Below are positions 18,190 to 28,831 of a DNA stretch of 64,000 bases, one piece after another. Within the stretch, counting starts at the first letter, position 1. Each line of letters starts with the position of its first letter. The translations under genes were made by a program, and so were the position numbers. Under the pieces are notes generated by a model. It saw only the letters and a program-made list of their open reading frames with translations, did no database searches and had not been told where the DNA came from. Source of the DNA: an uncultured virus (IMG/VR IMGVR_UViG_3300021364_000014) (Duplodnaviria > Heunggongvirae > Uroviricota > Caudoviricetes); the IMG/VR virus record IMGVR_UViG_3300021364_000014; one strand, given 5' to 3'.

Positions 18190-18365
18190 TCGTCATCCTC
18201 CTCTTCATCGTCCCACACTTCGTAGGGACCATGTTGCATACGTTTTAGCTTGTCGGTTTCTGCTCTGAATGCAGCAGTTTCAGACAACCATAAAGCAAGT
18301 TTCATTACAATGAACACCGCTGCTAACGGTGATAGACATAGTAGTAAAACTAGAGATGAATTCAT
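18180..18365 (-). CDS. Hypothetical membrane protein
   Basis: N-terminal TM segment and acidic tail. Confidence 0.55.
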   Translation of the reverse strand: MNSSLVLLLCLSPLAAVFIVMKLALWLSETAAFRAETDKLKRMQHGPYEVWDDEEEDDEWT

Positions 18366-18526
18366 GATGAATACTCTTGGAGAATTTCGAGAACCTTGTT
18401 TAGAGAGTGATGTGCTCCGTCTAACCAGTCATCACTGGCACCGTCGTACATACCCTGATGGATCTCGTTCTTTAGTCTAAGCACTCTTGGTTCGATGTCA
18501 ACCTTTTGCATTCTTCCTCTTGGCAT
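18362..18526 (-). CDS. Hypothetical 54-aa protein (not in ORF track)
   Basis: MPRGRMQKVDIEPRVLRLKNEIHQGMYDGASDDWLDGAHHSLNKVLEILQEYSS; downstream of a TAAATA and overlaps the next ATG. Confidence 0.6.
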   Translation of the reverse strand: MPRGRMQKVDIEPRVLRLKNEIHQGMYDGASDDWLDGAHHSLNKVLEILQEYSS

Positions 18527-18560
18527 ATATTTACCGCAAGTTGTACTTCTATTTAAGCAT

Positions 18561-18586
18561 AAAAAAAGGGGACCCGAAGGTCCCCC
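18561..18586 (-). terminator. Intrinsic terminator after g23
   Basis: GGGGACC-TTCG-GGTCCCC followed by T7 (UUCG tetraloop). Confidence 0.93.
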
Positions 18587-18606
18587 GTGTTGATATCGTG
18601 ACAGTA

Positions 18607-20031
18607 TCAGGTGAGGTTCGCAACGCGAACTCTTCTGTAATACTGGTTGCGGTTCGCGGTAAGTGCCTCAGCATCAGGTGTGCCGTTGCTCTGTACAACG
18701 AATGGGTTAGCGACCATGCCGTAGCGGGTCTTGAATCCAATCTTAGGCTGGAAAGTGCTAGGATCGATCGAACGTAGCATCTGGAGGGGAACATATGGGC
18801 AGTAGAAGAGACCACTGTCATATGGGGAAGAACCCTTATAACCAACTACGTAGTAGTGGGTGTTGGAAACGTTAGCAGAATAAGGATCAACGAAGACCTT
18901 AATGCGACCGTTCATGGTTCCAACGAGGAGGTTACCAGTGTCATCGACTTCACCGATGGAAGGACCACCAGCGCCAGTTAGACCGCTGCTGTAGTCGAGA
19001 GTACCCGACATAGCAAGTGCGGAAGCAACGTCAGCAGAAGTGATGATGAAGTTGCCCTTTCCTCTACGAGTCTGCTGTGCAATAGCGTTTGCATCGCGCT
19101 CGATTTGGAACATGAGTCCCTTGAACTTTTCAACCGACCATCTGCCGTTGGAGTCAACGTCGAGGTCAAATACACCAGCGTTAGCAACGTTGTTCTGAGC
19201 ACCAGACTTAGCGACGGTGTAGACAGTACGAACGACTTCGCGGTTAATTTCAGCAAGGATCTCGCTGGAAAGAAGGTTAGCGAGTTCTTGCTCAGCATCA
19301 AGACCGTGGATTGCCTTGAGGTCTTGTGCTAGTTCTAGAGTGTACTCAGCTTTGAGAGCTCTGGTCTTTGCAGTAACAGAGGTCTTCTCGATGCTGAAGC
19401 TCATCTCGTTGAATAGGGTCGAACCCGATCCTAGAACTTCTGCATCTTCTCTAGCGATGTTGCCTGCTTGACGCTCATAGTTGGAAGCAGTTGTACCGCC
19501 GCCAGTTGCGTCGTTAAGCAGACCAGGGTTAGCATCGGTAGTACCGCCGTCGCCAAGAGGAGATACGGGATCATTGTATGCTGCAGGACCCTGAGTGTTA
19601 CCAGAGAAGTTGGTGTCAGGCTCGTTATAGAGTGCCTCGGAACCAGCACGAAGTGCGGAACCAGCTTCTTGGTAGTGCGACTTCATCGCAAAGATGAGAC
19701 CTGTAGGACCGCTCATAGGCTGGACACCACAGATGTCATAAGCGACGAGGTTAGGCATCGCACGGCGGATGAGGCTGATCATTACAGGGTCGAAACCTGC
19801 AAGTCCACCAGTCTTGGTGGTTAGACCAGAACCCGAAAGTGCGTCACCACTGATAGCACCAACAGTGTTGGATGCTTCGTTGATCATACCACGCTCTTCG
19901 CGTAGTTGAGATTCGGTATTTTCTAACAGAACAGCGGTAACAGCCTTTCTATAATTGTCTTTGATTGCGCCAGCGCCCTCATGACCTAGAACAGGTGCCC
20001 ACTTTTCTGTTAGAGCATTTGCGTTAAACAT
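18607..20031 (-). CDS. g23: Major capsid protein gp23
   Basis: LIRRAMPNL, GVQPMSGPTGLIFA, RALKAEYTLELAQDLKAIHGLDAE, FQPKIGFKTRYG. Confidence 0.99.
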   Translation of the reverse strand: MFNANALTEKWAPVLGHEGAGAIKDNYRKAVTAVLLENTESQLREERGMINEASNTVGAISGDALSGSGLTTKTGGLAGFDPVMISLIRRAMPNLVAYDICGVQPMSGPTGLIFAMKSHYQEAGSALRAGSEALYNEPDTNFSGNTQGPAAYNDPVSPLGDGGTTDANPGLLNDATGGGTTASNYERQAGNIAREDAEVLGSGSTLFNEMSFSIEKTSVTAKTRALKAEYTLELAQDLKAIHGLDAEQELANLLSSEILAEINREVVRTVYTVAKSGAQNNVANAGVFDLDVDSNGRWSVEKFKGLMFQIERDANAIAQQTRRGKGNFIITSADVASALAMSGTLDYSSGLTGAGGPSIGEVDDTGNLLVGTMNGRIKVFVDPYSANVSNTHYYVVGYKGSSPYDSGLFYCPYVPLQMLRSIDPSTFQPKIGFKTRYGMVANPFVVQSNGTPDAEALTANRNQYYRRVRVANLT

Positions 20032-20064
20032 TTTGTGCTCCTTAGAAATTGGGGGGTGTTATTA

Positions 20065-21216
20065 TTATTTCCAGCGGTTGAGTGCTTGGAGGTATTGTGC
20101 CATTACTGGCGATACTTCCTCTGCACCCTCAACTGGGGTTTCATCAGCAACCTCGCTTACAGGTGCTGCCGATTCCTTGAAGTAGGACTCCTTAATGGTC
20201 TTGACCTTTCTGGAGAACTCTTCTTCGGAAACAAACTCTACACCTTCAGCAAGTGCAGCGAGTTTTTCTTTTTGAGTATCTGCTAGTCCTTCCGAAACAG
20301 TGTTCAGAATGTTGATTTTTGCAGTCTCATTAAGACGATTTTGTAGTTTCACATTAGCTTTGACCTGTTCGTCAAGGCGCTCTTCCATTTCACGAATAGA
20401 TTCAGCCATACCTTCTACCACATCGACTTTCTCGTCGGGGATAGCGATATAGTGCTCTTCAAAGAGACCCTTCAGACCTGCGATAAAGTCTTCGGTGATC
20501 TCATTTCTGATGCCACGGTCAATAGCAACTTGATTTTGCTCCATCCATTGACCGATAGCGTAGTTCACTGTGCCGTTTACTTCCTCGGAAAGCTCTGCCT
20601 TAGCAGCAGCTACTTGCTTATCGAGTTCAGCAGCAAAGTGCTCTACAAGTCTGTCATACTCTTCAGAGATTTTCGCTTTGACAGCAGCCTCAAAAATGGT
20701 CTTTGCTTTCTCAGCGAACTCTTCAGAGAGTTGTGTACCTTCTAGAAGTGCGGCAACGTCTGCCGACATATCTACTTCTTCCATCGAAGGTTTAATAGGA
20801 TAGGTAACTGCGCTACCTACCTTAGTGCCGTATGCTACTTCCGCACCGACTGTTGGGCGTGCGTCAGGCGAATCTCCTGCACGCTGCTGAGGATCACCCG
20901 AAACTTGGGAGATAGGAGCAGCAGCTTTTGCTCCAGGATTTTCTTCGCCATCATCATCGTGCTCGTTAGGAGTGGTAGAAGTACCACCTAGATCTGCGGG
21001 AGCAGCTTGTCCTGCAGGAGCAACGCCAGGTTGGACGGTGGGCATAGGATCCTTTCCGCTAGACTTAGCAGTCTGAGCGTCAGAAACCTGAGAGGGATCA
21101 CTACCAGTGCCAGGGATAACGTTAGCAGAAACCGTTGGCATTGGATCGCCAGCTTCTACAATCACCTTTTGCTCGGTAACGAACTCCTCAAACTTTTCGT
21201 TTAGCATATCTGACAT
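20065..21216 (-). CDS. g22: Prohead core scaffold gp22
   Basis: LSEEFAEKAKTIFEAAV, LFEEHYI, IKESYF. Confidence 0.93.
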   Translation of the reverse strand: MSDMLNEKFEEFVTEQKVIVEAGDPMPTVSANVIPGTGSDPSQVSDAQTAKSSGKDPMPTVQPGVAPAGQAAPADLGGTSTTPNEHDDDGEENPGAKAAAPISQVSGDPQQRAGDSPDARPTVGAEVAYGTKVGSAVTYPIKPSMEEVDMSADVAALLEGTQLSEEFAEKAKTIFEAAVKAKISEEYDRLVEHFAAELDKQVAAAKAELSEEVNGTVNYAIGQWMEQNQVAIDRGIRNEITEDFIAGLKGLFEEHYIAIPDEKVDVVEGMAESIREMEERLDEQVKANVKLQNRLNETAKINILNTVSEGLADTQKEKLAALAEGVEFVSEEEFSRKVKTIKESYFKESAAPVSEVADETPVEGAEEVSPVMAQYLQALNRWK

Positions 21217-21267
21217 TTGAGTTTACCTCGTGTTTTCCGTATAATTATTCTAAGATTATTTATGAAT

Positions 21268-21912
21268 TCAAAGATTTGAGAGGAAATGCTCAAATACTTT
21301 GAGCGTCCTCTCTTCCATGTCACGGCGTGATGCACCGTCCATGTAACGTTGGTATTTAGCAACTTGGCGTTCTTGTAGAATTCCGTTGTTCCATACCCAC
21401 TCTTTACCTTCCATGATTCCATTGACAAATGCGTCAGGGGCGGATGGATCTGCTACAATATCAGCAGCAGTGGTAAGCATGAAGTCATCTGCAACAACAT
21501 TGCAGTCTTCTTTCTTTTGAATGCTTCCCATACCACGAGAGGAAACACCTAACTGAACACCTTCGCCTAGCAGATTCTTTGCGATATTACCCATTGGTGT
21601 ATCTAGAATCTGTGCCTTGCCAATGAAGTTATTACCCTCAGCGCGGAGACTTGTGATTCTGTGAGACACTCTATCAAGATTAATAGTGGGTCCATCGGGG
21701 TGACCGAGTTCACCTAGAGCACGCTTCGACTTTACATATTCCTCATTGTATCTCTCTACCTCGCGGTTGAGAACTTCAAAAGGATACATGCGACCGTTGC
21801 GGTTCTTTAGTTCGGACTGAAGAAAAACACCTTCAATGTATAGAAGTTTCTTTCCGTTCTTTTCCTCAGTGAGGATTTGAACGTCTTCAATCGTTTCCGT
21901 TATCAGTTTCAT
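21268..21912 (-). CDS. g21: Prohead protease gp21
   Basis: NRNGRMYP, ALGELGHP, GVSSRGMGS, DIVADPSAPDAFV. Confidence 0.97.
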   Translation of the reverse strand: MKLITETIEDVQILTEEKNGKKLLYIEGVFLQSELKNRNGRMYPFEVLNREVERYNEEYVKSKRALGELGHPDGPTINLDRVSHRITSLRAEGNNFIGKAQILDTPMGNIAKNLLGEGVQLGVSSRGMGSIQKKEDCNVVADDFMLTTAADIVADPSAPDAFVNGIMEGKEWVWNNGILQERQVAKYQRYMDGASRRDMEERTLKVFEHFLSNL

Positions 21913-22108
21913 CGGTTGCTTCCGTTTCGGTTGGTTCATCAAAGAATGTATTCGCTACCACTTTCTTGTAGTCTGCCATAGCATCAGATGCTTTGGAAAA
22001 CAAAAGATCATGGATTGCATCAATAGCATTGGCTCGTTGGTTATCGGCAATTTGATTGACGATATTAACTTCGCCTTGATGCGAATTGACTTCAGTGTGT
22101 TCTGCCAT
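21887..22108 (-). CDS. Small protein between g20 and g21 (gp67/68-like position)
   Basis: 73 aa, synteny, preceded by TAAATA. Confidence 0.6.
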   Translation of the reverse strand: MAEHTEVNSHQGEVNIVNQIADNQRANAIDAIHDLLFSKASDAMADYKKVVANTFFDEPTETEATDETDNGND

Positions 22109-22127
22109 AATAAGGATTCAGTATAAT

Positions 22128-23843
22128 TTATTTAGTAGATGCGGAAGGTGACGGTTTTGGAGAAGGCATTTTCTTTGCCTTATCTACTTCCCTTTCCGCG
22201 GCTGAGTCAGCAGCAAGTTCTTGTCTTTCTGCTGCATCGTCTGCTTGAATGTCTTGAATTTCTGGAGCAAGTGCAGCATTCTGTTGCTGCATAGTATCCA
22301 GCATATTCTGCTGAGCAGGATCGATAGCAAGACCAGAAGCAATGTCGCCCTTCATTTGCTTATCAATTTCCTTCATATCCTTATCAGTCTGACCTAGGAT
22401 ATGACGACGAACGTACTCTACAGAGAAATACTTTCCAACAAAAGGATCCATTTGAGTGACAGTTATCATTCTTTGGTTCATCATTTCAATTTCTTTTAGT
22501 TCATTGAAATGATTATCGAACAGGAAGTCATACTGAACATGCTCTTTCATGTCATCCCAATCTTCTGGGGAGATTACTCCCTTGAGGATGAGTTGAGTTT
22601 TGAGCATGTCTTGGAACATCTCGCTAAATCGCTTACGGAGACGACCGATGAACTTCGTGAACTTAAGTTCGTCACGGAGGACTTCAGTGGTTTTACCGAG
22701 ATTAAATCCTTTGTTATCGTCTGTGAGACGAGAGGGAGGAAGATTGAGAGAATTGTAGAGTTTCTTTTTAAAATACTCCACATCCTTGAGTTCACCAAGG
22801 TTCTGTCCGCCAGGTAGAGTTGTAATCTCAGTTCCACGTCCACCCTCTCTGCGAGGTAACCAGAAATCCTCTAGCATACTCATATGCTTTTTGTCATCAC
22901 GCATCTCACCAGTGTTTGCGTCATACACTAGCTTGTTGCGATAGCGAGACATCACATCGCGTAGGTATTGTTCCGCTTTTACTTTGGGAAGATTGCCAAC
23001 GTCGATGTAGAAAATTCTACGCTCAGGTGCGCGTGATAGTCTGTAGATAACAAGTGAATCTTCAATCATTCTTAATTGATTGAGAGACTTGATTGCCTTA
23101 TGCAGGAAACCAAGAGTCATTCTTTTGTTCAAATCTTGTAGTCCAGATGGGCAGAACGTAATAGAATCTACTGCCATCTTGACACCCTGAGACAGTGACA
23201 TATCGCCAATTGGTCCCAGTACACCACCTTTGTAAAATCCTTTTGGATTGTACAGATAGTAATCAACAAACGTTCCATATTCATGCTCAAGTGCAGTGCC
23301 TTTAATTGCTGCACGAGCAAGAGAATCTTTTGGAGTTGTATCGATTTTTTGACGAACCTTCTTGATCTTCATCGGATCAATATAACGAAGTTCCGTAATG
23401 CCTTTCTTTGGATTATCTAAATCGATAACCTTGTGGTAGAATAGTCTACCGTCGATATACCAAGATCTAACAATCTCGTGTGCGCGATTGTCAAAGTTCA
23501 ACAAACGTTTGATATACTCAAACTCATTACGAATTTTTGTTTTGATGCCTGCACCCATAGGTAGATTATCAAGATTGATTTCTACGGGAGTGTCGTGTGC
23601 ATCACTTACAATAAATTCATTCACAACTTCGTCAACAGCACTATCAACCTCAGGGTGTAGTGCCATATCACGATAACGACGGATCATCTCAAACTCATTG
23701 CGAGCCTGATTATCCGTGTCTACATACGTTCCATAATATCCGCCTGCTGCTACAGCAATTGCCTCATCAGCATTAGGAGGGACAGGGGACTGACCCTTCT
23801 GACCCTCCTTGCGATTAATTTGGAAGCCAAATAACTGACTCAT
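22128..23843 (-). CDS. g20: Portal protein gp20
   Basis: YRLSRAPERRIFYIDVGNLPK, EDFWLPRREGGRGTEITTLPGG. Confidence 0.99.
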   Translation of the reverse strand: MSQLFGFQINRKEGQKGQSPVPPNADEAIAVAAGGYYGTYVDTDNQARNEFEMIRRYRDMALHPEVDSAVDEVVNEFIVSDAHDTPVEINLDNLPMGAGIKTKIRNEFEYIKRLLNFDNRAHEIVRSWYIDGRLFYHKVIDLDNPKKGITELRYIDPMKIKKVRQKIDTTPKDSLARAAIKGTALEHEYGTFVDYYLYNPKGFYKGGVLGPIGDMSLSQGVKMAVDSITFCPSGLQDLNKRMTLGFLHKAIKSLNQLRMIEDSLVIYRLSRAPERRIFYIDVGNLPKVKAEQYLRDVMSRYRNKLVYDANTGEMRDDKKHMSMLEDFWLPRREGGRGTEITTLPGGQNLGELKDVEYFKKKLYNSLNLPPSRLTDDNKGFNLGKTTEVLRDELKFTKFIGRLRKRFSEMFQDMLKTQLILKGVISPEDWDDMKEHVQYDFLFDNHFNELKEIEMMNQRMITVTQMDPFVGKYFSVEYVRRHILGQTDKDMKEIDKQMKGDIASGLAIDPAQQNMLDTMQQQNAALAPEIQDIQADDAAERQELAADSAAEREVDKAKKMPSPKPSPSASTK

Positions 23844-23879
23844 GACTACCTATTCAAATGGTGTGCTTCCAACTATTTA

Positions 23880-24467
23880 TCACTCCACAGGAATGCTAGA
23901 AACTCCATCTCTGCTTCCTGCCTGAGCAGTGAAGTAAGAATACTGCCACTCAACAGTAAACTCTTCAATCTGATCATTGCTATCATAAGCAAGATCGATA
24001 GGAGAAACGTTGGTTGGGAAGCAATACTCTAGGTTGTAAGTTCTAAGAACCGAACCAGTAAGAGTGGAATCTTTCTCTAGTTGAGAAACTGCTAGTCTTG
24101 CCATATAACCACCAGTTTGAGATGGTGTGAACAGAGGAGCAGTGTTTGCCTCGTGGGTGTTGATGCTGTTTGCCCACTGCTCGAAGAAGGAGCGAAGCTT
24201 CATGTCCTTATCATTGAAGAAGGTTGCAGACCATGTATCGAAGGTGCGGTCACCTGCGATCTTGACTGTTCTTCCTCTGAAAGGAACTTCGATAACACCT
24301 AGGTTAGAACCTGGGAGTGCAGCAGACTTGCATAGGATGTTGGTGAGATTAAGATCCTCACCACCCTTTGCGAGTGGCGAAGGAAACTCAATGCTCACTT
24401 GGAACATATTGGGCTTGACGCCCTGACCGATAGTTTGTAAAAACTGACTTACGTTAGACAGTGCCAT
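23880..24467 (-). CDS. g19: Tail tube protein gp19
   Basis: LCKSAALPGS, FRGRTVKIAGDRTF, IEEFTVEW. Confidence 0.96.
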   Translation of the reverse strand: MALSNVSQFLQTIGQGVKPNMFQVSIEFPSPLAKGGEDLNLTNILCKSAALPGSNLGVIEVPFRGRTVKIAGDRTFDTWSATFFNDKDMKLRSFFEQWANSINTHEANTAPLFTPSQTGGYMARLAVSQLEKDSTLTGSVLRTYNLEYCFPTNVSPIDLAYDSNDQIEEFTVEWQYSYFTAQAGSRDGVSSIPVE

Positions 24468-24506
24468 TTGTGTTTACCTCGTAATTTTTTCTCTATACTC
24501 TACTAA

Positions 24507-26411
24507 TTATCTACCAATTACTTCACTGAAGGAGACTCCAGTTCTTGTAGCAGTAACTGTTACTGTTACGTAATTGATCGAGCGAGTTGGCTTGAGGTAG
24601 AGTTCCGCAACAAACTCGTTTCTGTCGATAACTTCAGGTGTGTTGTTGCTTTCGTCGCAAACAACCAAGAAGTCAGTTAGACCTCTGCGTGCCTGAACTT
24701 CCTGAAGATAACCAGTCATAGAAGCATTGAAACTTCCACGAGTGACTTCATCATTCTGCTCAAAGAGTACGCCTTCAGCAAGACCTCTTGCTCTCTTCTC
24801 AACATTGAGGAAGAGACGACGAACGTTGATACGATCGAATGCAGAAGGTGAAGCAAGACCAGTTTTGTCTCCAAAGAGAACAGGACCAGCGCCTGCCATT
24901 GCTACAATAGGATTGATTCTATTTGTGTAGAGATCATCACGTTGTGCCTTGTTAGGATTGAATGCTAACTTAACAACGTTCTGTAGACCACCACGGTTTA
25001 GACCTGCTGGGGAGAACCAGTCGTCTAGAATTGTGGAAGTAGAAACACAGAGACCAGCAACATCACCATTGCAACCGATGTAACGGTACTTATCGTTGAA
25101 ACGATCGTAGGTGTACTTGATACCACTGTCTAGAACAACATAGGAAGAAGATCCAATGTTATCGAAGAATGCGATTGTGTTAGCAAGTTGATTTGCTGGG
25201 GTTAGTGCAGATCCACCAGAGGTTGCCACTTGAGCACCGCTCCATGGGGAGATGAATGCAATGCAATCCTTTCTGCTGTTAGCGATAGCAGCAACTGCTT
25301 GTGCCTTAGCGATAGTGTCAGTTTCATCAGCACCGTCGCCACCCATGAGAACAAAATCGATCTCGGTTTCTTCGGTGTCTAGGAATAGATCATACGCTGC
25401 TTGGATTTCACCAGCAGTGTATGCATAGTCATCAGAACCACCAGATAGAGAACCACCTGCGGTAGGTAGGATTCTTGCAAGTTTTAATGGAGCAGCAGCG
25501 GTAGCACCGTAAGATGCTGCAGCAGCACCAGGATCTTCTCCAGCAGTTGTTACTTCAGCAGAACTGAGAGCAGCACCAGCATAAACATAACCAGAATACT
25601 CATTGACATAATCCTTCCAGTAGGAGGATGCTCCCTCGGGAGTCTTAGCGTCAGAGAGTTTCGAGAGATATGTCATTCTCTCAACAACTGTATTGGAGCT
25701 TTCGTCGATGATTGCTACGTGAACTTCATCGAAAGAAAGATGACGCTCGGAAGCGAAAGCAGATGTACCAGGACGAGGAGCGATTGCTTTGTAAGTTAAA
25801 CCAGTGGAAGCGATTGCTTGGGAATTGTAATCCCACGCAGTAGCGGTATCACCAGCAGCAGGAACAGGAGCAGCAGAACCCTGAACAATTTCAAAGGTGT
25901 TTGCGTCTGTTACCTTAACAACTTCGTGACCTACAGCAGCGTCATCGGTGTATGTACCACCAACTGCTAAACCGTGAGCGGTCTTGCTGATGACCCAATC
26001 AGCACCACGGTCAACGATTACAACGCGAAGGTTGTTGCCGTCAGCACCAGCGTAACGAGCAAGGAACTTCTCGGAAGTTACTCCTGCTTCGAAAGCATCC
26101 TTGTCACCGACAAGAACACCAGCGCCAGATGCGGTAGCGTTTAGAACTCCAGTTGCAGCACGAACAACTCCTAGTTGTCCACCGTAACGGAGGAACTCGG
26201 ATGCTACCAACCAATCGCCAGCGTTAGCCTCAGCGGGTGCTCCGAACGTATCAATTAGTTCTCTTTCAGAACTGATGTTTACAATTTTGCCTACGGGTCC
26301 AGTGCGGAAAGATGAAGCAAAAGCACCACGAATAGCGGATGCTCCTACAACGACAGCATTGGAAAAATCACGTTCTCTAATAACAACACCAGGCGAGACT
26401 TGACTTGCCAT
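24507..26411 (-). CDS. g18: Tail sheath protein gp18
   Basis: SPGVVIRE, WFSPAG, SAFDRINVRRLF, KPTRSIN. Confidence 0.97.
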   Translation of the reverse strand: MASQVSPGVVIRERDFSNAVVVGASAIRGAFASSFRTGPVGKIVNISSERELIDTFGAPAEANAGDWLVASEFLRYGGQLGVVRAATGVLNATASGAGVLVGDKDAFEAGVTSEKFLARYAGADGNNLRVVIVDRGADWVISKTAHGLAVGGTYTDDAAVGHEVVKVTDANTFEIVQGSAAPVPAAGDTATAWDYNSQAIASTGLTYKAIAPRPGTSAFASERHLSFDEVHVAIIDESSNTVVERMTYLSKLSDAKTPEGASSYWKDYVNEYSGYVYAGAALSSAEVTTAGEDPGAAAASYGATAAAPLKLARILPTAGGSLSGGSDDYAYTAGEIQAAYDLFLDTEETEIDFVLMGGDGADETDTIAKAQAVAAIANSRKDCIAFISPWSGAQVATSGGSALTPANQLANTIAFFDNIGSSSYVVLDSGIKYTYDRFNDKYRYIGCNGDVAGLCVSTSTILDDWFSPAGLNRGGLQNVVKLAFNPNKAQRDDLYTNRINPIVAMAGAGPVLFGDKTGLASPSAFDRINVRRLFLNVEKRARGLAEGVLFEQNDEVTRGSFNASMTGYLQEVQARRGLTDFLVVCDESNNTPEVIDRNEFVAELYLKPTRSINYVTVTVTATRTGVSFSEVIGR

Positions 26412-26494
26412 GTTTTTACCTCTTAGATATCAAATTTATCTAAAAGTATTTAGAATTTCGTCTTGTTCAAGGGGGGAAACAATGCATGAACATA

Positions 26495-26725
26495 CTACCA
26501 GTCAGGATATTCCCATCTATCCAAAACTCTGTCTGCAAATCTGCTGGCAATAACTCTTATAATAGTACACTCTTTACATTCGTATGAATATCCTGATGGC
26601 AATCCTCTCTTAGACTTTCTAGTCATATAAAAATCTTCGATCAAGTTCTTTGTTTTTCCACAAGATCTACACTGCCTCTCTTTGAAGAGAAGGTGTTCTA
26701 GACTGAACTGATCTCCAATGTCCAT
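26495..26725 (-). CDS. Small CxxC/CxxC zinc-finger protein
   Basis: CRSCG...YECKEC; overlaps the g17 stop. Confidence 0.7.
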   Translation of the reverse strand: MDIGDQFSLEHLLFKERQCRSCGKTKNLIEDFYMTRKSKRGLPSGYSYECKECTIIRVIASRFADRVLDRWEYPDW

Positions 26726-28377
26726 CAGAAATTCCACATATAACTTACTTCTTCTTGCTTGTCTCCATAAGCCCATAAGTCACCATCGGCATCGATAAAG
26801 GTATCGTCGCCCATTCCATCATCAATAAAACCAAAAGGAGCCATGTCTTGCTCAATCTGATTTCGCTGTTCTTCATAAATTCTCCTTCTGATATCTTGAT
26901 CAGTCATTTCCTTAAAGTATTCCTGCATGACTAACCATGCAAATAGAACCATGCACATTACAAGGTCATCATGGTATCCTTCATCTGCTTCCCATGCTTG
27001 TTTCTTCTGAACGAATGTGGTAAGTTCTTGGAAGATCTGGAAGTCGTTGAATAGTAGTTTGTCTTCTTCAATAATTGCTTTGAGGTTAGCGCAACCAATC
27101 TTCTTGACGGTTACGCTCATCTTTACACCTAGTTGTGTTTTGTTTCCAGAGAAACCTTGTCCAACAATCTGCCCAGCTCTCCCTCGCATCGCACACATAA
27201 GGACGTTAGGATATTCGAGATCGTAGTTGAGAGTAGCAGCAATACTATCACCGATGTCATTGACTTCTACCAAAACGTATGGGTTATTATATTCTTTACA
27301 GACTTGGAAAATTACTGAGGGAAACAGTACAGGTTTAATCTCATTATTTCTGTACTTCGCAACGATCTTATACGGGACCGTGGTGATATCAAACACGATA
27401 AAAGCACTGTAGTCGCCACCGATACCTCGGGCAACGTCCACAGTAACAATATATTCGTGATCCTTTTGCACTCTCTCATACACGTCAAGTCCTGCATTGC
27501 TAGCGATGGGGTCTGCGAAAGGAATGTTTTGTAGTTTTGCTGGACTAATCAAAGTGTCAGCAGATCCAAGGAAGTCGCACTCAAACTCCTGTGCAAACTG
27601 TCTTGGAGATGTGTTCTTGATTGTTTCTTCTTTCCACTTGGCATCCCTTCCTGGGACCTGCGACCAGTGGACTTCGTTGGTGACGTAATCATTCTTACCT
27701 CGTCTGGCATCCTCCCACATCTTGTAGAAGTGGTTCATACCATTCGGCGTTGAGATGATTATGACTTTCGTTGACTTACCAGAAGTAATAGTAGGATAAA
27801 CAGAGGCAAAGAATTGCTCTGCAACATGGTTTGGAACGAAGGCGAATTCGTCGAGGAAGAGAATGTTAAACGACATGCCTCGGACAGCACTTGCAGACGT
27901 AGAAGCTGCCAATATCTTACTGCCATTTTCTAACTCCACATTACCTTTGTTCCATACAAGGATACCATGTTGCATCCACTTTGGTAAATTTTCGTAAGCA
28001 AGTTGTAATCTTCCTAGAAGTTCCCTGGCGGTAGATGCCTTGTTCGCAAGTATACCAATGTTGACACTATCATAAAAAATTGCGTAGTAAAGAAGATAGG
28101 CAACCACAGTGGTACTCTTACCAGTCTGTCTTGGGAGCTTTGCGATGTTGAATCTGTTTTCATGGAAGTCTCGCAGAATTTCTTTCTGAAAGTCATACAT
28201 CTTGAAGGGCACCAAACCTTCATCAAGAGAGATGATCTGAATATAATTCATAGCAAAATAGATAGGATCATTCTTACACTTGATCCATTCATCAATTTGC
28301 TTCTTTGTAAACTGGATAGGTGTTCCCGCCTTCTTCAGGTTCGGGTTACCTAAGTAAACATCATTACTAGTTGCCAC
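26725..28377 (-). CDS. g17: Terminase large subunit gp17
   Basis: PRQTGKST, LDEFAF, STPNG, DVARG, HDDLVM. Confidence 0.98.
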   Translation of the reverse strand: MATSNDVYLGNPNLKKAGTPIQFTKKQIDEWIKCKNDPIYFAMNYIQIISLDEGLVPFKMYDFQKEILRDFHENRFNIAKLPRQTGKSTTVVAYLLYYAIFYDSVNIGILANKASTARELLGRLQLAYENLPKWMQHGILVWNKGNVELENGSKILAASTSASAVRGMSFNILFLDEFAFVPNHVAEQFFASVYPTITSGKSTKVIIISTPNGMNHFYKMWEDARRGKNDYVTNEVHWSQVPGRDAKWKEETIKNTSPRQFAQEFECDFLGSADTLISPAKLQNIPFADPIASNAGLDVYERVQKDHEYIVTVDVARGIGGDYSAFIVFDITTVPYKIVAKYRNNEIKPVLFPSVIFQVCKEYNNPYVLVEVNDIGDSIAATLNYDLEYPNVLMCAMRGRAGQIVGQGFSGNKTQLGVKMSVTVKKIGCANLKAIIEEDKLLFNDFQIFQELTTFVQKKQAWEADEGYHDDLVMCMVLFAWLVMQEYFKEMTDQDIRRRIYEEQRNQIEQDMAPFGFIDDGMGDDTFIDADGDLWAYGDKQEEVSYMWNF

Positions 28378-28397
28378 AACAATCAGATCACTACTGA

Positions 28398-28619
28398 CTA
28401 TTTATCCATAGGGTGATCGTTGTCCAATTCTTCTAGTCTCTTCTTCCAGGTTACTCCGCCTTCCATACCACGGGAGGGGTTGATACAAGTATCATCACCT
28501 AGGTTGTTGCAAACCAAACCTGCTAAGTCTAGTTCGTTTCCTTTCTTGCCTGTGCCAGACCAGTAGTGTTCATCATCAATCCAAGTTGCCCCACACTTGG
28601 GGCAAATTTTGGTGTTCAT
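28398..28619 (-). CDS. Hypothetical Cys-containing protein
   Basis: CPKCGATW...LAGLVCN...CINP. Confidence 0.65.
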   Translation of the reverse strand: MNTKICPKCGATWIDDEHYWSGTGKKGNELDLAGLVCNNLGDDTCINPSRGMEGGVTWKKRLEELDNDHPMDK

Positions 28620-28831
28620 TTGTCGTACTCCTTGAGGAACTTTTCAAAGTTGTTGGTGTCCTTAATAAGTTGCCTCTTAAGTTTCCAACCCATCCACTTC
28701 ATCTGAAGTCGGATGAACGCATATCTAATTTGTAGATCAGCGTAAGCAAAGATCTTCAAGGTTTCATCGACGCCAGCAATCGCTACCAGGATGGCAACGA
28801 ATACTACCAGCATATAAAATCCATACATCAT
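28616..28831 (-). CDS. Hypothetical membrane protein
   Basis: N-terminal TM segment; ATGA overlap. Confidence 0.6.
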   Translation of the reverse strand: MMYGFYMLVVFVAILVAIAGVDETLKIFAYADLQIRYAFIRLQMKWMGWKLKRQLIKDTNNFEKFLKEYDK

